A stretch of 32,000 nt of DNA from assembly GCA_016208305.1 (NCBI GenBank), contig JACQYI010000009.1, positions 842,604-874,603 of the forward strand, given 5' to 3'. The notes beneath the pieces were generated by a model. It worked only from the letters and a program-made list of their open reading frames with translations. It had not been told where the DNA came from and searched no databases. Of the stretch, positions 17,239 through 25,300 are shown in pieces. Every line of letters starts with the position of its first letter. Positions within the stretch are counted from its first letter, which is position 1. The position numbers were made by a program, and so were the translations under genes. The stretch comes from Oscillatoriophycideae cyanobacterium NC_groundwater_1537_Pr4_S-0.65um_50_18 (GTDB lineage Bacteria > Cyanobacteriota > Cyanobacteriia > Elainellales > Elainellaceae).

Positions 17239-17442
17239 CTAATTAACGGGATAGCCCGCAGAGACGATCGCCTGTTTCACTGTTTCATTGGCAGCGATCG
17301 TTTTCACATTGACTAATTTTGTAGCGGGATCGGCCTGAATGATGGCAGACGGGTCGATGCCTTTAACGGCTTTCGAGATCTTCTCTGCACAAACAGAGCA
17401 ATTCATGCTGGGAACCGTGAGCTGAAGCGTTGCCATAGTCAA
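17239..17442 (-). CDS. Heavy-metal-associated (HMA) domain protein, CopZ-like metallochaperone
   Basis: LTVPSMNCSVCAEKISKAVKGIDPSAIIQADPATKLVNV carries the M-x-C-x-x-C metal-binding loop in a ferredoxin-like HMA pattern. Its stop TAG (17239-17241) is 4 nt from the ATG of the downstream DUF2079-like gene. Confidence 0.85.
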   Translation of the reverse strand: MTMATLQLTVPSMNCSVCAEKISKAVKGIDPSAIIQADPATKLVNVKTIAANETVKQAIVSAGYPVN

Positions 17443-17565
17443 AGGTAGAGTTCAGATTAATCTAGGTCAAGTTGCCTAAGAATCGATCGCCAAGAGGCTG
17501 CGTATTGATAGGATACATCTCAGACTCACTCCTATGCCTACGTTCTCTAGAAAATTGACGACCCG

Positions 17566-18447
17566 ATGGATCTCCAGCTGATTCAGCTTTTTGTGAACGG
17601 CATTGCAGTCGGCAGCATTATTGCCCTAGCGGCGGTCGGTCTGACGCTTACCTATGGCATTCTGAGGCTGGCAAACTTTGCCCACGGCGATTTTATGACC
17701 CTAGGAGCCTACTTTACGCTGGTCATCAGCGCCTTGCTCGGAAATATAGGGCTAGAGAGCATCTGGTTGGCGATCGCCCTGGGTGCTTTGCTCACCATCG
17801 GCGTGGCCTTGCTGACCGAAAAGCTGCTGTGGTCGCCCATGCGCGATCGTCGGGCCAGCTCTACCACCCTCATCATCATCTCTATCGGCCTAGCGCTGTT
17901 TATCCGCAATGGCATTATTTTGCTTTGGGGCGGAGCCAACCAAAAATATGATTTGCCGATCGTCAGCGCGATCGATCTTTGGGGCGTCAAAATAGCTCAG
18001 AACCGCTTAATTGTTGTAGCGCTAGCGGTGCTGGTCATTTTGGGGCTGCACTATGTCCTGCAAAACACAAAAATTGGTAAAGCGATGCGCGCCGTTGCAG
18101 ACAATGTGGACTTGGCCAGAGTTTCAGGTATTGATGTCGAACGAGTGGTGATTTGGACTTGGATCATTGCTGCTGGGCTAACGGCGATCGGGGGCGGCAT
18201 GTTGGGACTAGTCACGGCAGTTCGCCCCAGCATGGGCTGGTTTTTGATCTTGCCGATGTTTGCCTCGGTGATTTTGGGCGGCATTGGCAATCCCTATGGG
18301 GCGATCGCCGGAGCGTTTGTCATTGGCATTGTCCAAGAAGTTTCTACCTACTGGATTTCACCCGAATATAAGTTAGGCATTGCCCTAGCCATGATGGTCG
18401 TAGTGTTGTTAATTCGTCCCCAGGGAATTTTTCGAGGCACCTTCTAA
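17566..18447 (+). CDS. livH: Branched-chain / neutral amino acid ABC transporter permease (LivH / NatD-like)
   Basis: LFVNGIAVGSIIALAAVGLTLTYGILRLANFAHGDFMTLGAY is the LivH-family N-terminal signature. 293 aa, polytopic. No livM, livG or livF gene is adjacent. Confidence 0.92.
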   Translation: MDLQLIQLFVNGIAVGSIIALAAVGLTLTYGILRLANFAHGDFMTLGAYFTLVISALLGNIGLESIWLAIALGALLTIGVALLTEKLLWSPMRDRRASSTTLIIISIGLALFIRNGIILLWGGANQKYDLPIVSAIDLWGVKIAQNRLIVVALAVLVILGLHYVLQNTKIGKAMRAVADNVDLARVSGIDVERVVIWTWIIAAGLTAIGGGMLGLVTAVRPSMGWFLILPMFASVILGGIGNPYGAIAGAFVIGIVQEVSTYWISPEYKLGIALAMMVVVLLIRPQGIFRGTF

Positions 18448-18499
18448 AATTTGGGGCACGCGCTCTAGTTCTTTGAATCAATAGAGAGAAATAAAGATA

Positions 18500-18571
18500 G
18501 GGGCGCAGCATTCAAGCTAAGCACAAGCTTTTCAGTGAGTGAAAAAGCTAGCTTGCCAAGTGTCGCGCCCC
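18500..18571. terminator. Nested multi-tier hairpin between convergent livH and psaX
   Basis: The outer stem is GGGGCGC (18500-18506) / GCGCCCC (18565-18571). Inside it are CAAGCTA/TAGCTTG and AGCTTTTCA/TGAAAAAGCT. It is followed by the palindrome GATATTTAAAAATATC and TTTTG. Likely a bidirectional terminator. Confidence 0.45.
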
Positions 18572-18613
18572 CACAGGGTTTGGGATATTTAAAAATATCT
18601 TTTGAAAATTGCC

Positions 18614-18727
18614 CTATTTAAGGATGCCGAAATAGAAGGCTGCAACCACAAAATTGATAGCCAGAAGCACGATCGCCCAACCGGCGCGGAAGGTGTAGGT
18701 AGGCTTAGGGGATGGCTTGGAGGTCAT
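18614..18727 (-). CDS. psaX: Photosystem I subunit PsaX (37 aa)
   Basis: Not in the ORF track (under 60 aa). ATG 18727..TAG 18614 gives MTSKPSPKPTYTFRAGWAIVLLAINFVVAAFYFGILK. This is closely colinear with PsaX of Thermosynechococcus as I recall it (...KPTYAFRTFWAVLLLAINFLVAAYYFGILK). GAGGAG lies about 10 nt upstream of the ATG. Confidence 0.85.
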   Translation of the reverse strand: MTSKPSPKPTYTFRAGWAIVLLAINFVVAAFYFGILK

Positions 18728-18902
18728 AGACTTTTTTCTCCTCTGAGTAAAGATAAATAGCTGAAAGCTTCAAAGAGTATTATCGAGCAAGCGGGAACCT
18801 AAAAATCTTTTGAAGCATCAAAACTTAGTAAGCTCTGCTCTCCATCACATCATTTAGCTATCCATTTCAACACCCCTCTAAAGAGAGAAAAAGCCTCAAC
18901 CT

Positions 18903-19811
18903 TTACCCCTGCTCGCCTGCGTGGTAAGAACTTCGTACCAACGGAGCTGAACGCACATGAGAAAATCCCATCTCACGGGCAGCCCTTCCCAGGTCATCAA
19001 ATTCTTCAGGCGTCCAATATTTCTGTACGGGTAGGTGCTCCAGCGAAGGACGCATATACTGTCCTAGCGTTAGGCGATCGCATCCCACCTGGCGCAAATC
19101 TCTCAAGGTTTCTAAGATTTCTGCCTCTGTTTCCCCATGCCCCAGCATCAACCCCGACTTGGTGGCGACCGTCGGATCGAGGTCTTTCACCTTTTGAAGC
19201 ACCTGGAGCGATCGCTCATACTTTGCCCCGCGCCGCACCGGATTTTGCAGCCGCCGCACAGTCTCCACATTGTGGTTGTAGCAGGCTGGAGCTGCCTTCA
19301 CCACCGTTGCAATCCTCTGGCTCTGGCTCTCTGCCCCTCCCAAACCGCCCCAGAAATCTGGGGTTAGCACTTCAATTTGAGTATGAGGATTAGCTTGCCG
19401 AATTGCGGTCATCACCGTCACAAACCAGCCTGCCCCCTGATCGGGCAAATCATCTCGTGCAACCGAAGTCAACACCACATATCGCAGCCCCAGCAAGTTA
19501 ACAGCCTCTGCCACTTTTTGGGGTTCTTGAGGGTCAAGCGGCATCGGGGCATGGCCTTTATCAACTTGGCAAAAAGCGCAGCTTCGAGTGCAGACAGGCC
19601 CCATCAGCAAAAAGGTGGCGGTTTTCTGAGCGTAGCATTCTCCCCGATTGGGGCATCGTCCCTCTTCGCAGATCGTGTGAATCTGGCGCTGTTTAATGAT
19701 TTGCTGAACGGTTGAAATGTCACTGGCTTTGCCGATTGGCCGACGAAGCCAGGTTGGTAAATGGGCGAGAGGAGATGCTTGCAGGTGGTGAACTGGGGTC
19801 GGTTCAGACAT
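18903..19811 (-). CDS. lipA: Lipoyl synthase
   Basis: N-terminal auxiliary cluster motif [12 protein letters not shown] and radical-SAM motif CTRSCAFC, then the LipA blocks [11 protein letters not shown] and GLMLGHGET. Confidence 0.95.
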   Translation of the reverse strand: MSEPTPVHHLQASPLAHLPTWLRRPIGKASDISTVQQIIKQRQIHTICEEGRCPNRGECYAQKTATFLLMGPVCTRSCAFCQVDKGHAPMPLDPQEPQKVAEAVNLLGLRYVVLTSVARDDLPDQGAGWFVTVMTAIRQANPHTQIEVLTPDFWGGLGGAESQSQRIATVVKAAPACYNHNVETVRRLQNPVRRGAKYERSLQVLQKVKDLDPTVATKSGLMLGHGETEAEILETLRDLRQVGCDRLTLGQYMRPSLEHLPVQKYWTPEEFDDLGRAAREMGFSHVRSAPLVRSSYHAGEQG

Positions 19812-20047
19812 AAATTCAGAAATGAGATGGGAAGAGAGATAGGATTAAGCTTGAGAGAGAGAATAAATTTTTCATCTTCTCTAGCGCTTCTACTATTTTT
19901 TGCAGAGAGCGATAGGATGGTGGGCAGTTCAGGGAATAGTTAAGAATATGCAAATCAAGGTAGCATTCAAATTAGCTATCATCAGTTAGGCTTGTTCAGC
20001 CTTTCGCTGTTCTCAGTTTTCATCTATCACCTCCACAGGAGTTCGTC

Positions 20048-20593
20048 GTGGCAAGTCACAAAATCCTGGTTATTGACGACAGCAGAGTCATCCGCAACAT
20101 GGTAAGGGACATGCTGCCCAAAGGTAATTTCCAGGTCCTAGAAGCCAAAGATGGTGTCGAAGGACTTGACTGCATTCGGCAAGAGCGTCCTAATCTGATC
20201 ATGCTAGATTTTTTGCTGCCTCGCATGAGCGGCTGGGAAGTCTTTCAGCAAATTCAGACTCAGACCGAGCTACAGTCAATTCCGCTGGTGCTAATGTCTG
20301 GACGGCGTGAGGAAGTCACTGAGAAGATCTCCGAACCGTTTGAGTATTTTGAGTTCATTGAGAAGCCTTTTGAGCAAAAAGAGCTTATTGAGGCGATTAA
20401 GGCAGCGATGACGAAAGCCCGCCTGCCTCGTCAGCGTCCTGTTGCAGCAGTGCAGGCTCCGGTAGCCAGTGCAAATTCGAGCGCAGAGCTAGTAGCCCTG
20501 AAACAAAAGGTCGAGACGATGCAAGGGGAAATTGATCTGCTGAAGAAGCAAATGGCGCAGCTTTTGACCTTCATTCGACAAAAGTTAAAGTAG
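20048..20593 (+). CDS. Response regulator: CheY-like receiver domain plus C-terminal coiled-coil, no recognisable output domain
   Basis: GTG start with AGGAG 7 nt upstream. Acidic pocket ILVIDDS, phospho-acceptor in IMLDFLLP, and conserved LMSG and EKPF positions. The C-terminus ELVALKQKVETMQGEIDLLKKQMAQLLTFIRQKLK is heptad-like. Confidence 0.85.
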   Translation: MASHKILVIDDSRVIRNMVRDMLPKGNFQVLEAKDGVEGLDCIRQERPNLIMLDFLLPRMSGWEVFQQIQTQTELQSIPLVLMSGRREEVTEKISEPFEYFEFIEKPFEQKELIEAIKAAMTKARLPRQRPVAAVQAPVASANSSAELVALKQKVETMQGEIDLLKKQMAQLLTFIRQKLK

Positions 20594-20634
20594 ACAAGCC
20601 TTTCGGCTGGGGTGGCCTGTCAAAAGGTATACCC

Positions 20635-21129
20635 CTACCAACCCCAGCTTCCGGCTATGCCTTTGAAAGGGCCAACAATGTCGCTCGTGATCCAACCGCC
20701 GTAAAAGTCACCCGGTTGAGAAGCTACCTGCTCACCATCCACATAGCAAGCCTCCATGCGACTGGCATAGAAGGCCACATAGTCTTTAATAGCCGCAAAA
20801 GCTGGTGTGGGATTGGTATAAAACCAGGCCACATTTTCGGCAGTGCGATCGCCTACCTGTACGGTGTAATAGCTTGCCTGACCCTTCCATTCACAAAAGC
20901 TGGTACGAGCCGTTTGGACGAGATACTCTTGTTGAATATCCTCCAACGGAATGTAGTAGGTAGGTGGATGACTAGTTTCTAGTACCCGCTTGGCGCGATG
21001 GGTGTCTGCCAACATCACGCCGTTGAACCGGACCTGAATGTGCTTTGTAGAGTCCTCTAGCCGAGGTGGACGGGGGTAATCCCACACGGATTCCTGACCT
21101 GGCTGAGGAATGATGCGATCGCTACTCAT
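20635..21129 (-). CDS. DUF427-like protein
   Basis: SVWDYPRPPRLE ... HRAKRVLETSHPPTYYIPLEDI ... SFCEWKGQASYY ... DYVAFYASRM matches my recollection of DUF427 family blocks. Confidence 0.8.
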   Translation of the reverse strand: MSSDRIIPQPGQESVWDYPRPPRLEDSTKHIQVRFNGVMLADTHRAKRVLETSHPPTYYIPLEDIQQEYLVQTARTSFCEWKGQASYYTVQVGDRTAENVAWFYTNPTPAFAAIKDYVAFYASRMEACYVDGEQVASQPGDFYGGWITSDIVGPFKGIAGSWGW

Positions 21130-21180
21130 ACTTTAATAATTTGTGGTTTCTCGTTTGCGGTTTCTATTCAGCCTTATCTT

Positions 21181-21666
21181 CTATCTTCGATGATCGCGCA
21201 GCAAAGATGGAGAGGGCTGGTTTGAAAGGTGCGCTTCCTGCAAAACGTTAATTTTCTGGTTTAGCTCTCTTGTACGGCGAGACAGCAGCCGAATAATGTT
21301 TACAGCAATGCCCGGAGTTTCCTCAATGGCTTCATAAAGCTGCTGCTGGGTCAACATAAGGCAGTCGCAGGGTTCTAGAGCCGTCACAGAAGCCGAACGC
21401 GGCTCGGCATCGAACACGGCCATCTCCCCAAAGCAGGTGCCCGCCTTGAGCACGGCCAGTTCTCGATCGCCAATATGCACCCGCACCGTACCAGAGACTA
21501 AGATATAGAGCGATCGCCCCACTTCGCCCTGCGTAAAAATGGTGTGCTTAGCCGGAAACGACAAGTCTTCCATGATGGAGGCAAGCCGCATCAAAAAGTC
21601 GTAGCGTAATTCTTGAAAAATGGGAACTTTGCGGACAAAGAGGAGGCGATCGATACTGCTGGGCAT
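21181..21666 (-). CDS. Stand-alone cyclic-nucleotide-binding (CAP effector-type) domain protein, no DNA-binding domain
   Basis: cNMP-binding beta-barrel with the phosphate-binding cassette FGEMAVFDAEPRSASVTA. At 161 aa it ends after the C-helix, with no helix-turn-helix. Confidence 0.85.
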   Translation of the reverse strand: MPSSIDRLLFVRKVPIFQELRYDFLMRLASIMEDLSFPAKHTIFTQGEVGRSLYILVSGTVRVHIGDRELAVLKAGTCFGEMAVFDAEPRSASVTALEPCDCLMLTQQQLYEAIEETPGIAVNIIRLLSRRTRELNQKINVLQEAHLSNQPSPSLLRDHRR

Positions 21667-21755
21667 GTAAGGAGGATGCGTTTTTGGATTCTATTTGAAT
21701 TGATCCGATGCCTGTTGGTTTCTGCCGAACGCTGGGCATGAGAGGGCTGGGCATG
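21658..21755. repeat. Three copies of the 10-mer GCTGGGCATG (minus strand CATGCCCAGC = ATG CCC AGC, Met-Pro-Ser) at 21658-21667, 21731-21740 and 21746-21755
   Basis: Read directly. The first copy contains the start codon of the cNMP-binding gene. The other two sit in the 116-bp spacer upstream, out of frame with it. Confidence 0.8.
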
Positions 21756-21782
21756 GAGTTTAAGGCTTTAATGCCAAATAGC

Positions 21783-24700
21783 TTAAGCCAAAGCCGATCG
21801 TTGCAATGAGCTACCTAGACCCAATTCTGCCATCATTTCCTTAACTTGGGCTGCCACTAGCGGGTCGGGATCATCTTTGAGCAGGGGCAATAGATTTTGC
21901 AGCGTTGCCGGAGAAACCACCCGTAGGTAGGCCAGCACTGCTTCTCGGACAAATCCAGTCGGGTCGCGCAGACAGACCAAGATCTGCTCTGGGGAGAGGC
22001 TCCAGCGCGATCGCCGTGCTAAATGGAAGCAGCAGGCCAGTGCCCAATCAGATAAGAAATGGCGCAGTTCTACCAAATAGCGGAGACGTTCGTTAGGCGG
22101 CATCGACTTGTAGGGCAGAAACTCTGCCAGACTTTGCAATTTCTCTGAGTCCGCTTGGCGATCGAGAATGTTGAGTAAAGCCTGCTTATTGGGAATATCC
22201 AGCGTATTATCCAAAATTTCTAGCCCTCTGGCAACGCTCTCCCGTGAGTCAGACAGCAGATTAAATGCCGCTGCCTGAATTTTGTTGGAGTCATAAAGAA
22301 GGCGCATTAACAGAAAAAGTCGCTCCACACCATCGGTTTCGGCATCGCGCAAGGCACGCCGCAATAGCTCTGCTTCTTCTCCTGTGACTAGCTCAGGATC
22401 AAGATCGAGCAAGCTGGCATAAATATGGGCAAGAAACTGTAGCTCTTGATTAATCAGTGTTTCAATGCCGCTGCGCCCCAAGGTATCCAGGACGGCCTCA
22501 ACCCCAACATCTTGGGGCAACCGGAGCAGAGTGCGCAAAAGAATATAGCGATTCCAGCCCCAAGAGGTCATCAGTCGCGTTACTAAAATCTCTAGAGCCT
22601 GGGGTGTACCAATTTGACCGATCGTCATCCAGGCATGGCTACGTACCACTTCGGGTTTGTAAACATCTTCTGCCAGATTGAGCAGCAGCGGCACCACTTC
22701 GCCCTCTAGACGGACTAAGGCATGTTTAGCGGCTTCTCGCGTCGATTTGTAGTGCAGACCGCGCAGTAGAGCCGGATAGTATTCTTCTGAGTGGGTAGCC
22801 GCGATCGCCTCCAGCATGGCACACCTCACCCGCAGCGATTCATCTTGCAGCAAAGGTTCAATATAAAGCCGTAAAGATTGCATATAGTCGGCCTCACCCA
22901 AAGCCCGACAGCCCATCATCCGCTCTTGCTCTTGCTTGTGGGTCAACATCCGGCGTAATGTGTCTGTGGCTTCTGCTTTTTGCTGAGAATCGCCCTGACG
23001 CAGCATCAACGAAGCCACTGTACCACGCACTACAGGATTGATAGAGGGTTTGAGGTAAGGTCGCAGATAGCTTGTGTTGGGATTGGGATCAGTTAGCCAA
23101 ACATAGCGCAACGCCAGCGCTAAAACCTCAGGAGGCAAGGGTTGCTGAATCAGCGATCGCACCTGATCTAGATACGCAAGATTCGGAGATTTCAACATCA
23201 CTTCTAAGCTCTGGTGTTGCCGAGCCGCTGAGAGTTTGGGCAACAGAGGAGCCAGCATGTCGGCAGCATTCTTGGGATCGGTCTGGGTCAGCAATTCAAT
23301 ATAGGATTTTTTTTCTTCTTCAGAAGCACTAGGACGATTGAGCACTTCGGCTACACTACGCCGCAGCCCCGGCAGATCGACATCGGAAACGACGCTGAGC
23401 TGTCCTCGTTCGGCACTCAAAACCAGCACATCAATGTACTTACGTTGCAGTAGCAAAACGGTAAGTAGCCAAAACAGGGCAAAGGCAACGGTATAGATTA
23501 GGAAGGTTAAGCTTTGAATATGCTGTGAGATGGCAGGTGCAGGGCCTAAAGCTCGCTGTAGCAGCTCGATCGTCACCAACATGCCTACCCCGGTTAATCC
23601 GGCTGAGAGTGGCTCTGCGATGCCTCTGATGACAGACTGGGCACGGCTGCGTAAGGAACTTGGAATGGGCTGAAATAATACTGGGCTAATGCTGGCAACC
23701 AACGTATAGCGCAGTAATTCATCCATAAACTTTAAGATCAGCACGCCGATAAACAAGCTAATGGCACCAGTCAAAGTAAACAGGCTCAAAGCTGCAATCA
23801 ACACAGGTGAAGCCATAATGACAAATACTCCCTTCCAGGCAATGATGCGTCCTGAAAGAAACCATTGCATGGCTAGCTCAAATGAACCGAGAATAGCGCT
23901 GAAAAGAGCGAGGAAGTCTGCGATTTGCTCGACGCTGGCATCTGGGCGCTGCTGAAGCTGACTGAGATACTGAAAATCCAGCAGCAGCGCCAATATTTGC
24001 AGCATGACGAAAAAAGCAAATACAAGCCCAAAATACTGCCTTAGCGGTCCTCTAAGGCGGCGAGTGGCAAAGTCAGAGGCTTTGTCTTGGGAGCGTCTTC
24101 GAGAGGAGTCAGGAAAGAATTGGCGATATTTTTGCGTTAGATAATATAAGATTCCTGCGCCAGCAAACAGCATCAGACAGGCAAGCAGAATGACGTTCGG
24201 CAGACCCAGCCATGACCGCAGTAGGGGCAGGGACAAGCCACTCACCACATCGGCAGCCAAAATGCCGCTGCTGATCAGAGGATAGGTGCGTCGAATCTCT
24301 CGGATGGTAAATAGCTGGTTGGCAGTAATGGAAGTATTCAGTTCGTTGATGACATAGATGGCTTCGAGCCACAGCCGCATTAGAAAAACCGTGTAGCCAC
24401 CTAGCAAGGCTGGATTTAGCCCTAACCGCACAAGCAGCAGCGGGGCAGCAATCAATGCAGCCGTCAGCACCAGCACACGATGCAGGGGCAGTATCCGCTG
24501 CATCCAAGAATAAATAAACCCTAACCCTGTCCCGATCGCTGCACTAGCAATATAGATCCAGGGCAATGATTCTGCGCCATATTCTCCAAGGAACAGAGCA
24601 GCAATACTGACCTCTAGCCAGAGAATGCCGACCGAACTCAGCGTATAGAAAGCAAACATTAAGAATGTGCGCTCGCTTTCTTCAGGACGGAGGTTGAGCC

Positions 24701-24788
24701 AGCGTAGCCAGCCGCGTCCATTCACCTGTCGGGTATTTCTATCTCGAATGACGGTTGCTGTAATGGGTACTTCGCTCGTTTGTCTCAT
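21783..24788 (-). CDS. 1001-aa fusion: N-terminal polytopic transporter-like domain (ATP/ADP-translocase TLC/Npt-like or MFS-like) plus a C-terminal ~500-aa HEAT-repeat domain
   Basis: The first ~460 aa are strongly hydrophobic, with about 11-12 predicted TM segments. The N-terminal block ERTFLMFAFYTLSSVGILWLEVSIAALFLGEYGAESLPWIYIASAAIG resembles the opening of Npt/TLC-family carriers. The remainder is alpha-helical repeats, e.g. LRVRCAMLEAIAATHSEEYYPALLRGLHYKSTREAAKHALVRLEGEVVPLLLNL and DPTGFVREAVLAYLRVVSPATLQNLLPLLKDDPDPLVAAQV, typical of HEAT / PBS-lyase-like repeats. Confidence 0.8.
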   Translation of the reverse strand: MRQTSEVPITATVIRDRNTRQVNGRGWLRWLNLRPEESERTFLMFAFYTLSSVGILWLEVSIAALFLGEYGAESLPWIYIASAAIGTGLGFIYSWMQRILPLHRVLVLTAALIAAPLLLVRLGLNPALLGGYTVFLMRLWLEAIYVINELNTSITANQLFTIREIRRTYPLISSGILAADVVSGLSLPLLRSWLGLPNVILLACLMLFAGAGILYYLTQKYRQFFPDSSRRRSQDKASDFATRRLRGPLRQYFGLVFAFFVMLQILALLLDFQYLSQLQQRPDASVEQIADFLALFSAILGSFELAMQWFLSGRIIAWKGVFVIMASPVLIAALSLFTLTGAISLFIGVLILKFMDELLRYTLVASISPVLFQPIPSSLRSRAQSVIRGIAEPLSAGLTGVGMLVTIELLQRALGPAPAISQHIQSLTFLIYTVAFALFWLLTVLLLQRKYIDVLVLSAERGQLSVVSDVDLPGLRRSVAEVLNRPSASEEEKKSYIELLTQTDPKNAADMLAPLLPKLSAARQHQSLEVMLKSPNLAYLDQVRSLIQQPLPPEVLALALRYVWLTDPNPNTSYLRPYLKPSINPVVRGTVASLMLRQGDSQQKAEATDTLRRMLTHKQEQERMMGCRALGEADYMQSLRLYIEPLLQDESLRVRCAMLEAIAATHSEEYYPALLRGLHYKSTREAAKHALVRLEGEVVPLLLNLAEDVYKPEVVRSHAWMTIGQIGTPQALEILVTRLMTSWGWNRYILLRTLLRLPQDVGVEAVLDTLGRSGIETLINQELQFLAHIYASLLDLDPELVTGEEAELLRRALRDAETDGVERLFLLMRLLYDSNKIQAAAFNLLSDSRESVARGLEILDNTLDIPNKQALLNILDRQADSEKLQSLAEFLPYKSMPPNERLRYLVELRHFLSDWALACCFHLARRSRWSLSPEQILVCLRDPTGFVREAVLAYLRVVSPATLQNLLPLLKDDPDPLVAAQVKEMMAELGLGSSLQRSALA

Positions 24789-24935
24789 GCAGCACTATTG
24801 CTCTGATTGCCCTGATGGTTGAGGTGATGTTCTTCGATCGATCGCTTATTTTGCAGTCGGGTTGCGCAGTGCCCTGGGTCAAAAACAAGCCATAGATTTG
24901 AAATACGGCTAATTTAATCCGGCTATGAAATTTAT

Positions 24936-24965
24936 TTTGAGAGGTGTGCTTTTGAGAGGTGTGCT
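24936..24965. repeat. Perfect 15-bp tandem duplication TTTGAGAGGTGTGCT x2
   Basis: Read directly: 24936-24950 equals 24951-24965. It lies about 150 bp upstream of the transporter-HEAT gene start. Confidence 0.9.
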
Positions 24966-25300
24966 CCAAGCCCCTGTCAAAATAAATTTCTCTAGATAAA
25001 ATCAGCAACGCCTGAAATACCAGTGGCAAGAACCACGGAATAGGTCTGACGATAGCCGTATCGTCGATCGCTATCATCTAAGCATGGTCTGAGAGTTCTG
25101 GCACTATTTGATCGCTACATTTTCGTGGATTGCTGGCTATAGCTATGAATTTTTTCGGAAAATGCAGATTGCGTTTCTCCCCCAAATTTATAGCCGACCT
25201 CAGCCCATAGTGAAGCGTCCTATTTTTGCACTGCATCGCTTCTATAAATGGCAAAGCCTTCTCAATCTTCCAAAAGCGAGTTGTTGGGGATTGACTGCCA

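Noticed and set aside
17502-17516. An NtcA-like site GTATTGATAGGATAC upstream of the LivH-like permease.
   Set aside because: The spacing is GTA-N9-TAC, whereas the established NtcA consensus is GTA-N8-TAC. There is also no properly spaced -10 box that I could verify.
21669-21741. A perfect AAGGAGG followed by an ATG and a 21-codon ORF (MRFWILFELIRCLLVSAERWA) on the plus strand, between the transporter-HEAT and cNMP genes.
   Set aside because: The Shine-Dalgarno-like heptamer abuts the ATG with no spacer, which is incompatible with normal initiation geometry. The ORF is antisense to a short spacer between two co-oriented genes.
21548-21754. A 68-aa ORF starting at the upstream MPS repeats and overlapping the cNMP-binding gene's 5' end.
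   Set aside because: It is out of frame with the cNMP-binding gene (an offset of 88 nt) and has no motif. I report it only as part of the repeated start-module observation.
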